This document shows, one piece after another, positions 18,904-27,808 of a stretch of DNA of 64,000 bases. Under the pieces are notes generated by a model, which had not been told where the DNA came from, ran no database searches, and saw nothing but the letters and a program-made list of their open reading frames with translations. Source of the DNA: Escherichia phage wV7; the sequence record NC_019505.1, one strand, 5' to 3'. How positions within the stretch are numbered: position 1 is the first letter of the stretch; the number at the start of each line of letters is the position of its first letter. The translations under genes and the position numbers were made by a program.

Positions 18904-19884
18904 TTATTTCAGAAGAGTAACCTCAGCGATTTCTTCCCAACCGTTTTTGTCGGTCATAATAAAGTCAGCAAGATAAAGAGCAGTACGCAGTGAAACATTG
19001 CGTAAACGATTAACATTGACTTTCATCCATGATAATGCTTTATAAGTTTCTTCATCAGAAAGACCGCGTTTTTGCATCATGTCAGTTGAAAGAATAACAT
19101 CTTCAACCCTGACCATAATTTCTTCATTAGTGTGAACACCCAAATCCAAATAAACTGAGCGGGACACTAGTGCTTGTAAATGTGGAGCAAGTTTAGTACC
19201 ACGGTCTAATTCGCGGTCAATGTCAACGTTTGTGATAAAAACAATCGTTCCTTTAAATTCAAACTCACGCTCAATGCCTTTTTCTTCTAAGTAAGAAGAT
19301 GCAGTGCTCCAGCAGACTTTACGGGTCTCTCCAGTGTCCAGAGCAGCTTTCAGAAGATTAAGAATGTCCATATCAGAGAAAACATCCACATCATCAATCA
19401 AAAGGACAGAATTCTCTTCACGATTATTCCAAAGCTGTTCATAAAGACCGATACCAGAGATTTTACCATTAATGCTTTTATACTCAATGTATCCAATATC
19501 ATTTGCTTTATTTAAAGCTTTATCCAAAGAATACGTTTTACCAATACCTGCCGCACCAGAGATAATTAATGAACGAATGTTTCCGTTAATAATACCATTC
19601 GTCATCATTCCCATAACATTAAATCTTTTATTAATGCGGGTTTTCATATCTTCATATGATTCTTTAACTTCTTCAACTTTTACACCATCATATGAAATGT
19701 CTGATTTGTAAACCCAAACACCGCGACGTTTACCGTCAATTTCAACAAAAACTTTACCATCTCCTTGTGCATCTACCGGAGCATTATCTGGGAACCATTC
19801 ACCTAAGAGCTCAAAAGTTCCAGAGATTTCTTTACCAAAGTAGATACCCTTATTGATAGTTACAGTTTTCATTTTATTCTCCAA
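18904..19884 (-). CDS. P-loop ATPase of unknown function
   Basis: 326 aa; Walker A GAAGIGKT and Walker B LLIDDVD; own early promoter upstream. Confidence 0.65.
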   Translation of the reverse strand: MENKMKTVTINKGIYFGKEISGTFELLGEWFPDNAPVDAQGDGKVFVEIDGKRRGVWVYKSDISYDGVKVEEVKESYEDMKTRINKRFNVMGMMTNGIINGNIRSLIISGAAGIGKTYSLDKALNKANDIGYIEYKSINGKISGIGLYEQLWNNREENSVLLIDDVDVFSDMDILNLLKAALDTGETRKVCWSTASSYLEEKGIEREFEFKGTIVFITNVDIDRELDRGTKLAPHLQALVSRSVYLDLGVHTNEEIMVRVEDVILSTDMMQKRGLSDEETYKALSWMKVNVNRLRNVSLRTALYLADFIMTDKNGWEEIAEVTLLK

Positions 19885-19906
19885 ATCCGTATCAGTTGAT
19901 AGTTGT

Positions 19907-19936
19907 ATAGTACCATAAAGCTTTATGCTTGTAAAC
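19907..19936 (-). promoter_or_regulatory. T4-type early promoter (upstream of P-loop ATPase gene)
   Basis: GTTTAC -35 and TGgTACTAT extended -10. Confidence 0.6.
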
Positions 19937-19960
19937 CGTTTTGTGAAAAATTTTTGAAAT

Positions 19961-19984
19961 AAAAAAGGGAGCCCGAAGGCTCCC
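19961..19984 (-). terminator. Rho-independent terminator (UUCG hairpin plus U-run)
   Basis: Minus RNA GGGAGCC-UUCG-GGCUCCC followed by UUUUUU. Confidence 0.65.
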
Positions 19985-19986
19985 TA

Positions 19987-21000
19987 TCATTTATAATAAC
20001 TTCGATGGTTTTCAAGATAGACCTTCTCAAGGAAGTCATCCCAGAAACCCATGTCTACTTTTTGCTGCATACCGTTCTTAGAAGCTTCAATAGATGCTGC
20101 TTCTACTTGATCGACCACATCTTCCAAAAACTCTTGAACCGTTTTAAATGGATGTTTACCCAACTTCACGTCGAGAATAAATGGAGCATCTTGAAGTGGA
20201 TAAATCAAGTCGCCAGTTTTGTAAATTTCCAATAGTTGGAGTCCACCACGACAAGCATGGCTCAGAGCTTTCCAGTCAATACCTTCATTGGCTTCAGCCT
20301 TACGAGCGCGTTCACCATATTCAGCATCTAATTTGTTCAGTGACTGCTTAAGCTCAATAAGAGAAAGCGTTGTCTGATATTTACGACCCAATACAGTGTA
20401 GAACGTTTGTGGGCCTGTTTTCTCATGATTATGGAACACCCATTCACAGAATTCGTTTTCTGGAAGACGATGCTTAATATCTTCAACTTTAGTGCGACGC
20501 TGCTTAATAGAACCATCTTCTTGGTAATCAATCCACTGCTCAGGGATTTGATTAACTACTTTCAATACATCGCGTAATGCAGCCAAACGAGAACCCTTGA
20601 CGCCGTATTTAGAAGCTTGCTTGCGGACATATCCTAAATATGATTTCATGTTAGTCGTATAAAAACGATAACGGTTGTCTTGAATAAACTTCCACACATC
20701 AGGCAAATCAGATTTAACCACTAGCTCAGGTGGGGTGTGAAGCATATCTAATGCTACAGTTTCACCATCTGCTGCTAATTTAAAGAAATATTTAAGACTG
20801 TATAGTTCATGGTCAATATCATCTTTAGTGTTTTTAGATGATGTGTTGTTAGTGTTTTTACTCATGTGCTCTTTAACGTTTCCGATAAGAATATCACGAG
20901 CAGGAGGAACAAAGATTTCTTTAAAATCTACATCAGATTCTGGAGTAGAAGTTCCATAAAGATGACTACCAAAATAGCTTTTCATTACTGTTTTCATCAT
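19987..21000 (-). CDS. Predicted nucleotidyltransferase-fold protein
   Basis: 337 aa; N-terminal FGSHLYGTSTPESDVDF fits the G[SG]-x(9-13)-DxD polymerase-beta-type signature, with a later acidic residue in TVALDM; followed by UUCG terminator. Confidence 0.55.
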   Translation of the reverse strand: MMKTVMKSYFGSHLYGTSTPESDVDFKEIFVPPARDILIGNVKEHMSKNTNNTSSKNTKDDIDHELYSLKYFFKLAADGETVALDMLHTPPELVVKSDLPDVWKFIQDNRYRFYTTNMKSYLGYVRKQASKYGVKGSRLAALRDVLKVVNQIPEQWIDYQEDGSIKQRRTKVEDIKHRLPENEFCEWVFHNHEKTGPQTFYTVLGRKYQTTLSLIELKQSLNKLDAEYGERARKAEANEGIDWKALSHACRGGLQLLEIYKTGDLIYPLQDAPFILDVKLGKHPFKTVQEFLEDVVDQVEAASIEASKNGMQQKVDMGFWDDFLEKVYLENHRSYYK

Positions 21001-21458
21001 TCAGCCTTATATTCAATAACAGGACATACTTTAGCTTTACGAGCTTTTAAAAATTCAACGATAATCGATTTCTTGGGTTGAATAGGAGGTAAACCTTTAT
21101 TTTTCCTATCAATGTTTTCTACGTGTAAAGCATAATCCTTTTTCCATTTATAATCTTTATATTTTTCACGCAAATGTGCAGGAATAACAAATGAACCGAT
21201 AATAAGTAAAACAACCAAAAGCGCAAGTATAAATGCCGATGGAAGAAGAGCCCATAAACTACCGAAAATAAGCCAACGTTGTAGGCTTTCTGCACAAATA
21301 ATTGTTAACCCTACGAGTATAGCACACCCAAAAATAGAAACGAAAAATGTAGGTATGGCAATAGACCAAAAATATGCGCATAGTGTCTTAGGTCGTTGCC
21401 ATTCATCGTTAAACAATTTGAATAATTTATAGTGCCAAGAGTTTTCATTAATAATCAT
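20997..21458 (-). CDS. Membrane protein
   Basis: 153 aa with two or three hydrophobic helices. Confidence 0.55.
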   Translation of the reverse strand: MIINENSWHYKLFKLFNDEWQRPKTLCAYFWSIAIPTFFVSIFGCAILVGLTIICAESLQRWLIFGSLWALLPSAFILALLVVLLIIGSFVIPAHLREKYKDYKWKKDYALHVENIDRKNKGLPPIQPKKSIIVEFLKARKAKVCPVIEYKAE

Positions 21459-21460
21459 AA

Positions 21461-21982
21461 TTATCCTTTCATTGAAGGCGTAACGGTTGTTAAATACTTA
21501 ATCATAGCTTCAGCTTCTGATTTTGATAGTGAAATTTCTTCACCGTTTTGGCGAATAGAAACAAAATCTGGATGACGATCACCACCAGCTTTTAAAACAC
21601 ACATATAAGTATCAGCTTCGCCTTCAATATTTGAAATGATTGAAGCAGTTCCACACGAATGTGGTTTTTGATAAATCAATACAGCTTTTCTTCCACCATT
21701 TGACTGTTCATAGGCTTTTAATACATCAAACAAATCAGTTCTTTTATCAATAGCTAAAATGTTATTTTCATCTTCAATGTTAAATCCTTCGGATACTTCA
21801 TAAAGCGTTACCCATAAATCGCCAATATCAATAACAGCATTTACTTTTCCACGGCTTTCAAGAGTATGACAAATTTTCTTGATTTCGTCATAACTCATTT
21901 TAATAATATCATCTCCTTGACTAAGAAAGATGTCATTTTTAAATTCAACACGAATTAAACCGCTTCCACTTGAAATAAACAT
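21461..21982 (-). CDS. Hypothetical protein, tandem paralog A
   Basis: 173 aa; shares GFNIE core and C-terminal KYLTTVTPSM with the next ORF. Confidence 0.55.
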   Translation of the reverse strand: MFISSGSGLIRVEFKNDIFLSQGDDIIKMSYDEIKKICHTLESRGKVNAVIDIGDLWVTLYEVSEGFNIEDENNILAIDKRTDLFDVLKAYEQSNGGRKAVLIYQKPHSCGTASIISNIEGEADTYMCVLKAGGDRHPDFVSIRQNGEEISLSKSEAEAMIKYLTTVTPSMKG

Positions 21983-21988
21983 ATTTCC

Positions 21989-22543
21989 TCACTTTGAAAT
22001 CATAGTTGGAATAACAGAATCAAGATAAGTCTTTAGTGCAATAGTTTCGTCTTTGGTAAATGTGACAATATGTGCTCGAAAATCATCAATTTGACGAATA
22101 GTTAAGACATCTCCATCTTCATAACATTTTGATACGTTTAAAACAGTTTCATCATTCTGATTGCAAGCGTTAGTAATAATAGCATTGCAATTTTTAAACC
22201 ATTTTAAACTATGTTTTCTTTCATTAGAATAATAAAAATATTTAATCTTATCTATAAAACTATCCCAATGGATAACTGATAAGCATATTGACTCGCTTTC
22301 AATATTAAATCCTGGGCATGAAGAATAAAAATGAATTTTATGCTCATCATTAATGCTTATAATTTTATCAGTATAAGGATTTTCAATTTTGGTTAAATGA
22401 ATGATTTCACTAGGCGTAAAATACAGCATATCGTCTTCTTGTGTCAAACGATACATATTATTTACTTTTTCTATAGCCAATTCACCAAAAAGTGAACTAA
22501 CTTCTAATACTAATCGTTTCATATTAATCCTTTTTAATGGCAT
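21989..22543 (-). CDS. Hypothetical protein, tandem paralog B
   Basis: 184 aa; PGFNIESE core and C-terminal KTYLDSVIPTM align with paralog A. Confidence 0.55.
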   Translation of the reverse strand: MPLKRINMKRLVLEVSSLFGELAIEKVNNMYRLTQEDDMLYFTPSEIIHLTKIENPYTDKIISINDEHKIHFYSSCPGFNIESESICLSVIHWDSFIDKIKYFYYSNERKHSLKWFKNCNAIITNACNQNDETVLNVSKCYEDGDVLTIRQIDDFRAHIVTFTKDETIALKTYLDSVIPTMISK

Positions 22544-22802
22544 GAATTTGTTCTAAAATTTTAGAGTATTCCTTTATATCAGATTTACGTACAATCGATA
22601 CACTATAAGGCATACTATCGGTGTCTTTTATAAAGCGTTCCAAATGACACTCTAACAAAATTTCTGGATTATAAATCGTGTACATCAAATTACCTGTTGC
22701 TCCACGATATTGACAGATTTCTACTGATTGAGCATCATTCCACAATTTTGTTAAGACTAAATCACCTACTTCTAATTTAGGAAAGCCCATGTTATTCACC
22801 AA
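22524..22802 (-). CDS. Hypothetical protein
   Basis: 92-aa ORF. Confidence 0.45.
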   Translation of the reverse strand: MVNNMGFPKLEVGDLVLTKLWNDAQSVEICQYRGATGNLMYTIYNPEILLECHLERFIKDTDSMPYSVSIVRKSDIKEYSKILEQIHAIKKD

Positions 22803-22977
22803 TTAAAGTTTCAATATAAGAATCAAGATTTACTTTAGCTTCTTCCATAAGAGTTTTGTATTTAATCTTGATAGCATGTCCGGAGAAAGCTGATTCATCA
22901 ATAACTGTTGCTGTATGAACAGCTTTGCTATATGTTTCAATTAATTCTCTTAATTTAAAAGCCTGCTCACTCGTCAT
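22792..22977 (-). CDS. Small acidic protein (small-protein family)
   Basis: 61 aa; N-terminus MTSEQAFKLRELIE. Confidence 0.45.
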   Translation of the reverse strand: MTSEQAFKLRELIETYSKAVHTATVIDESAFSGHAIKIKYKTLMEEAKVNLDSYIETLIGE

Positions 22978-23129
22978 TACATACTCCTCTGAATCATATC
23001 AATAATGTTGTTCACCAGATTATAAGTAAACATTGGGTAATTATATTGAATCACCACATACACAACAAACAAAACTTTCATTCTCTTCTCCTGGCAGTTG
23101 ACAAGATTACTATACCATAACCTTGCCAA

Positions 23130-23303
23130 CTTGTAAACCATTAAATGACGTTTTCAATAAAATTCTGAAGCTTTGTGTGAGCATCAACCATGATTTTCAT
23201 TTCTTCTTTTGCGAAAGCTGTACCTCTTTCCCGAGCAGAATACTCATAGTCAGAAACTGCATTAGCGTATTCTTCAATTAGCTTCATTAAAAACATCTGC
23301 TTT
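23130..23303 (-). CDS. Possible small ORF (about 57 aa), below ORF-track threshold
   Basis: Hand translation MKTEKQMFLMKLIEEYANAV... fills gap. Confidence 0.3.
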
Positions 23304-23498
23304 TCAGTTTTCATTATTCCACCTAATCATTTCAAGATATTGAACTAACTTAGCTTTGGATTTATCCAAATCTCTTTTAGCTGCTTCTATACCGTCGTAT
23401 GAATATCCTTCACAATGCTCAACTGCTAATTGGTATGAATCTATTTCAATATCACGTGCTAATTTAATGATTTTTTCAAACTGTTCACGTGTTAGCAT
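23304..23498 (-). CDS. Small acidic protein (small-protein family)
   Basis: 64 aa; N-terminus MLTREQFEKIIKLARD. Confidence 0.45.
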   Translation of the reverse strand: MLTREQFEKIIKLARDIEIDSYQLAVEHCEGYSYDGIEAAKRDLDKSKAKLVQYLEMIRWNNEN

Positions 23499-23500
23499 AC

Positions 23501-23692
23501 TTAAACTCTCGTATTATGATCGATAATTTCATCAAGAAACATATCTAACGCTTCTACAGCATTATTAAATTTAGCTTCAAATTCTTCAATACCTGATAAA
23601 CCTGATAAGGCAAAGTTAATGCGTTCCTCATCTGCTTTACGAATTAAAGCTACCAATTCCTTAATTTTATCCGCTTGTTCGATACTAATCAT
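23501..23692 (-). CDS. Small acidic protein (small-protein family)
   Basis: Start at internal Met ([19 protein letters not shown]). Confidence 0.45.
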   Translation of the reverse strand: MISIEQADKIKELVALIRKADEERINFALSGLSGIEEFEAKFNNAVEALDMFLDEIIDHNTRV

Positions 23693-23880
23693 TATTCCAC
23701 CACATATGAAAGAGAGAATATTGCACACGCCATGTGAGTTGCAACTTCATCACACATATTATAACGTTTCTTAAGAAGTTCTACAAGTTCTTCACTAGTA
23801 ACTTCATCCATGTCGACGAAAAAATCACCATTAATGATGACGTAGATATTTCCTTCTTGATTGAGTGCTTCAATTTTCAT
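23692..23880 (-). CDS. Hypothetical small protein
   Basis: ORF 23692-23925; start at internal Met (MKIEALNQ...) downstream of an early promoter. Confidence 0.45.
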
Positions 23881-23908
23881 GATGTTCTCCTCTTTATCCG
23901 ATAGTTGT

Positions 23909-23938
23909 ATAGTACCACAGCTCAAACGGAAAGTAAAC
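23909..23938 (-). promoter_or_regulatory. T4-type early promoter
   Basis: GTTTAC -35 and TGgTACTAT extended -10. Confidence 0.6.
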
Positions 23939-23948
23939 CGGTAAAATG

Positions 23949-23970
23949 AAAAAAGTCTCCCGAAGGAGAC
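23949..23970 (-). terminator. Rho-independent terminator (UUCG hairpin plus U-run)
   Basis: Minus RNA GUCUCC-UUCG-GGAGAC followed by UUUUUU. Confidence 0.6.
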
Positions 23971-23975
23971 TAATG

Positions 23976-24362
23976 TTATTCGAGGGAAAGAAGATACTTA
24001 CTCTGGTAAAACATTCCAGTAATATCATCTATCGTGCTTTGGATGGCTGGAGGCATTTCTTTATAAATGCTGTTAGATTGGTCTAGTATGCGATCAATCA
24101 TTTTAATTGTGTCGGTAGGAAGTTTACTGGCATCTGGAATTGAAGGTGTGTATTTTCTACCAGAATACCCCAAATATTGCTCACCAAATTTATCAATCAA
24201 ATCTGGCAACTCGGAGAAAATAAAATCGTATGCTTTGTGTCTAGCATAATTTTTAGTTTCAAAATGCGCAGAATGAAAATAAGCTTGTGCAGCCATTAAT
24301 AAACCTAAGTATTCATCTGCCTTTGAAGGTTTTCCACTTTGTGAAAAGTCGCTGAATTTCAT
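23976..24362 (-). CDS. Hypothetical protein (rI.-1 position)
   Basis: 128-aa ORF directly downstream of rI, followed by UUCG terminator. Confidence 0.55.
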
Positions 24363-24652
24363 TCAGTCTCCAATTTAATGTTCATAATTCTAGCGTATGA
24401 TTGTGCCATCTCCGCGCCTCGCTCTATACATTCAAAATCAGAAGAGCACGGGTCATTTTTATAGGTCGTTCTCATAAAACTATAGAATTGTTCAGACGAT
24501 TCTACGCTTTTATTTTCAAAAAGCATATAAACGTGCCTAATACCAGATTCCATAAATTTATCAAAATGAGGATCGACATTCGCTTCAATTGGTGGAGATA
24601 AAGCAAACGCTAATCCTAGCATGGCAAATAGTGCCGTTGCTTTTAAGGCCAT
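24359..24652 (-). CDS. rI: Lysis-inhibition regulator rI
   Basis: 97 aa with signal-anchor N-terminus MALKATALFAMLGLAFALSP; near-identical to recalled T4 RI. Confidence 0.88.
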   Translation of the reverse strand: MALKATALFAMLGLAFALSPPIEANVDPHFDKFMESGIRHVYMLFENKSVESSEQFYSFMRTTYKNDPCSSDFECIERGAEMAQSYARIMNIKLETE

Positions 24653-24664
24653 AAAGGCCTCCTA

Positions 24665-24877
24665 TCATTTTTGTCCTGTATTTACTTTATGCCGATGCAC
24701 GGCCTTAACTTTATCAAGGTATTTTTCAAAATTTCGCAATCTAGTATAGTCTGCCGGAGATTGGTTGAGTGATACTTCTCGACGCAAAGCTGAAATGATA
24801 TTTCCAACTTCCCTACGAATTTCATCTAATTGAAGCACAGTAAGATTGCGAAGTTGCTTTTCAGTTAATTGTAGCAT
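24665..24877 (-). CDS. Hypothetical protein (rI.1 position)
   Basis: 70-aa ORF between tk and rI. Confidence 0.5.
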
Positions 24878-24919
24878 ATATACCCCTTTAGTTAGATAAA
24901 CCTATTTATAACTTTTGCA

Positions 24920-25501
24920 CTAACCGAGCTTTTTAGTTAATTCATTCCAATGTTTTCTACACAAAGAAACATAAATTTCATCACCAATACAGATTTGATT
25001 ACCTTCTTTAACTGGTGTTCCATCTTCCATTAATCGAGCTGTCATAATCGCTTTTTTGCCGCAATGACAAACTGCCTTTAGTTCAATAAGTTTATCTGCA
25101 ATCGCTAAAAGTTCTTTAGAACCTTCAAACAATTTTCCAGCGAAATCAGTCCTTAATCCATAAGCCATAACAGGAACATTATATGTATCAACAATTCGGC
25201 TCAATTGATGCACCTGTTCAGTTTTTAAAAACTGGGCTTCATCTACAAATACGCAATGAATATCTTTTTGTGCTTCAGCCCATTTATAGAACTCGAAAAT
25301 ATCCATATCATCTGTAATAATATTTGCTTCCTGCCTAATTCCAATGCGAGAAACGACTTCACAGACAGAATCGCGAGTATCAATAGCAGGCTTAAGAACT
25401 AATACACTCATTCCACGTTCTTTATAATTGTGCGCAGCAGTCAAAAGAGAAGCAGATTTTCCAGCATTCATTGCTGCATAAGTAAAAATTAAACTCGCCA
25501 T
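24920..25501 (-). CDS. tk: Thymidine kinase
   Basis: 193 aa; P-loop AAMNAGKS and C-terminal Cys cluster; matches recalled T4 tk length. Confidence 0.9.
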   Translation of the reverse strand: MASLIFTYAAMNAGKSASLLTAAHNYKERGMSVLVLKPAIDTRDSVCEVVSRIGIRQEANIITDDMDIFEFYKWAEAQKDIHCVFVDEAQFLKTEQVHQLSRIVDTYNVPVMAYGLRTDFAGKLFEGSKELLAIADKLIELKAVCHCGKKAIMTARLMEDGTPVKEGNQICIGDEIYVSLCRKHWNELTKKLG

Positions 25502-25502
25502 C

Positions 25503-25691
25503 TTAGTCCTTAGTTAAATTTTCTAAATATGTTTCTAAATCATTTTCAGCTTTATCGATAGATTTTACTAATTCGTAATATGTTTCGGCATCTCCATATT
25601 CAGAAGATATTTCAAAAGACAAATCCTTTTCTAAACTAATAATTTCACCAACTAAAAATAATATTTCGTTCTTTTGTTCGCGAGTAATCAT
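25503..25691 (-). CDS. Small acidic protein (small-protein family)
   Basis: 62 aa; N-terminus MITREQKNEILFLVGEI. Confidence 0.45.
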   Translation of the reverse strand: MITREQKNEILFLVGEIISLEKDLSFEISSEYGDAETYYELVKSIDKAENDLETYLENLTKD

Positions 25692-25873
25692 AAGGAATTT
25701 ATATAATCAATGAGTTCTTGTTCTTTATTATCGAATTCTTTAGAAAGTTCTTCGTATTCGTCAGTATTAAAAGGACCGCATTCATTACAAACTTTTTCCA
25801 ATTCACTATTTTTATCCATAACTTCGTGGATAAGAGAAAAGAGTTTGTCTTTTTGTTCTTTGCTTAGGCTCAT
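25688..25873 (-). CDS. Small acidic protein (small-protein family)
   Basis: 61 aa; N-terminus MSLSKEQKDKLFSLIHEV. Confidence 0.45.
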   Translation of the reverse strand: MSLSKEQKDKLFSLIHEVMDKNSELEKVCNECGPFNTDEYEELSKEFDNKEQELIDYINSL

Positions 25874-26043
25874 ATATTAATTTCCAGAAGTTTTAAAATA
25901 ATTCGCTTTTGCTTAAATATTTCCATAGTTAAATGATCAGTATCTTTTTGACCAATTCCAATGGCAAAACCTTTATTAGCAGCGAGTTCAATTAAATTAT
26001 CAAGTTCACGTGACACTTCATATTGTAACTCAGAACTATTCAT
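25872..26043 (-). CDS. Possible small ORF (about 57 aa), below ORF-track threshold
   Basis: Hand translation MNSSELQYEVSRELDNLIEL...; stop overlaps next start (ATGA). Confidence 0.3.
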
Positions 26044-26252
26044 TTCGGTTTACCTTCTTTAACGAAATCTGGATAAGGATAAAATCCCGAATAAAATCCT
26101 TCACCTTTATGATTGATGCATCCTTTATTAGAACAATAGCACCAATAATCGAAATCACAAGCCATTTCATCGTTGCATAAAGCAAAAACAACTGGCCATT
26201 TACACTTTTCACAATGGGCATTTTTAAGAATACTAGTTTGGCTCATAACCAT
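26040..26252 (-). CDS. Cysteine-rich small protein (probable zinc binding)
   Basis: 70 aa with about ten Cys/His (CEKCKW, CNDEMAC, CYCSNKGC); preferred over the overlapping 26036-26221 ORF. Confidence 0.45.
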   Translation of the reverse strand: MVMSQTSILKNAHCEKCKWPVVFALCNDEMACDFDYWCYCSNKGCINHKGEGFYSGFYPYPDFVKEGKPK

Positions 26253-26470
26253 GTAACCTTTAAGCAGTATTCTTCTACATGCTGTTTACGACCTTTCTTA
26301 TCAATAAAGGTATATTCAACGAATGTTCCAATGTAGTCTTTATCTACATCATGTGGACTATTAATTGGACATTTAGTACGGCAAATGCGTTCCCATTGAC
26401 GAATAATTACTGCCTTATTCTTTTGGTCATATGGATGTGGATAATGTATATTCATAATAATGGTTCCCAA
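26243..26470 (-). CDS. Hypothetical small protein
   Basis: 75-aa ORF. Confidence 0.45.
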   Translation of the reverse strand: MGTIIMNIHYPHPYDQKNKAVIIRQWERICRTKCPINSPHDVDKDYIGTFVEYTFIDKKGRKQHVEEYCLKVTWL

Positions 26471-26919
26471 TCAACAATCACAATTTCTAATTTAGAGGAA
26501 TATGTATCTAAAATCCCCTCAATAATATCCCAGTTCCTTTTACCTATGCCTGCACCAATCCTAGGCATATAGATTGTAGGTTTAGTCAGTTTATTTTCAC
26601 CAAACTCATTTAATTCTAACATACAATTCATTAAAGCGGAATACTCAAAATTTGGCCCTGGTTGAAATTGAGTATAAAGATTAAAGCAGTAAGCTTTATG
26701 AGTCCTAAAGTATTTTTCATAGACTGAGTAAGAACCAAGTTTAGTTACATCACCCCATTCAGTCTGTAGTTTATCAGCTTCCAGAATTTTAGGGAAAGCT
26801 TTGGTTAATTGACCTGCGACTCCAGCTTTCATCGTATGAAAACAATTACATCCATGCGCAATATTTTTACCTTCAGTGAAAAGGGCGACAATATCGCCCT
26901 TGATATATTTTACAATCAT
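26452..26919 (-). CDS. Macro-domain-like protein (predicted ADP-ribose binding/processing)
   Basis: 155 aa; KGDIVAL...AHGCNC...KAGVAG and PRIGAGIGK resemble macro-domain N- and C-terminal glycine-rich motifs; motif reading only. Confidence 0.5.
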   Translation of the reverse strand: MIVKYIKGDIVALFTEGKNIAHGCNCFHTMKAGVAGQLTKAFPKILEADKLQTEWGDVTKLGSYSVYEKYFRTHKAYCFNLYTQFQPGPNFEYSALMNCMLELNEFGENKLTKPTIYMPRIGAGIGKRNWDIIEGILDTYSSKLEIVIVDWEPLL

Positions 26920-27263
26920 CTAGTACTCAATCCTCGATTATAAGAATCTACCAAACGGTCAACCATTGAATGACAAGCGGCTTTATCTTTTTCCTCCGCA
27001 ACTGAACATTCTAAGGTATTCCACTTTTTAGCATATCGTTTTAACAATGTATCATTTTTGTATCTGCTTGATTTATCTCTTTCTCCGTCTTTATATGCAT
27101 ATATTAATTTCTGCGCAAATTCAGCTTGACATGCTTTATTTTTCCCACAATAATCCGCGGCAGTACGGTTTACATACTCTCTAATTTCAGTATATGATGT
27201 ATCTGCTAACGCAGAAGCAGAAAATGAAATTAATCCTATACATAAAACCAAAATTTTAGTCAT
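26916..27263 (-). CDS. vs: Secreted protein at the vs position (valyl-tRNA synthetase modifier-like)
   Basis: 115 aa with signal peptide MTKILVLCIGLISFSASALA; positional and size match to T4 vs. Confidence 0.55.
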   Translation of the reverse strand: MTKILVLCIGLISFSASALADTSYTEIREYVNRTAADYCGKNKACQAEFAQKLIYAYKDGERDKSSRYKNDTLLKRYAKKWNTLECSVAEEKDKAACHSMVDRLVDSYNRGLSTR

Positions 27264-27801
27264 TTACTATTTCCAAAAGTTTATTATTTTTAAGGTAATT
27301 AGCCTTTTCTAGGACTTCAGAAGCATATTTAGAACCTGCTTTAACATTCCATCCCGAATTATAAGAGGATATCGCCTTTCTTATATCGCCCTTATGTATA
27401 TTTAACCAATAAGAAAGTTCAATGTACGCCCAGGAAGCTGAATTGGACCGTTTATTCAACATTCTTTTTATTTCAGCATCGGTCATATTATAACCAAGTT
27501 CCTTAACTCTTGCTCGCATAGTAGGCAAATAATTTTGGAACATTCCGTAGGCGTGATGCTTTGGTTTAGATTTTAAATTAACTCCGCCAGAGCTTTCTTG
27601 CCATAAAATAGCAGCCATTATATGACCTAATCCACTCTTGTGGATGTTTTTGTGTGTTTTATATTTTCCATCCTTAGAAAATTGTTCCCCGAATTGATAC
27701 GCGTAACGCATGTTATCGAGTTGGACATTACTGAAAGTATGCTCGGAGCTATGTGCCATCATTGAAATGGCCAATAGACCAGCGAGTAGTGCTTTTCTCA
27801 T
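27256..27801 (-). CDS. Secreted lytic-transglycosylase-like protein (vs.1 position)
   Basis: 181 aa; signal peptide and ILWQESSGG motif resembling SLT-domain catalytic region. Confidence 0.55.
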   Translation of the reverse strand: MRKALLAGLLAISMMAHSSEHTFSNVQLDNMRYAYQFGEQFSKDGKYKTHKNIHKSGLGHIMAAILWQESSGGVNLKSKPKHHAYGMFQNYLPTMRARVKELGYNMTDAEIKRMLNKRSNSASWAYIELSYWLNIHKGDIRKAISSYNSGWNVKAGSKYASEVLEKANYLKNNKLLEIVND

Positions 27802-27808
27802 GCTTACC

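Noticed and set aside
26036-26221. ORF 26036-26221 (-)
   Set aside because: Overlaps the Cys-rich ORF 26040-26252 on the same strand in another frame; the Cys-rich frame is better coupled to neighbours.
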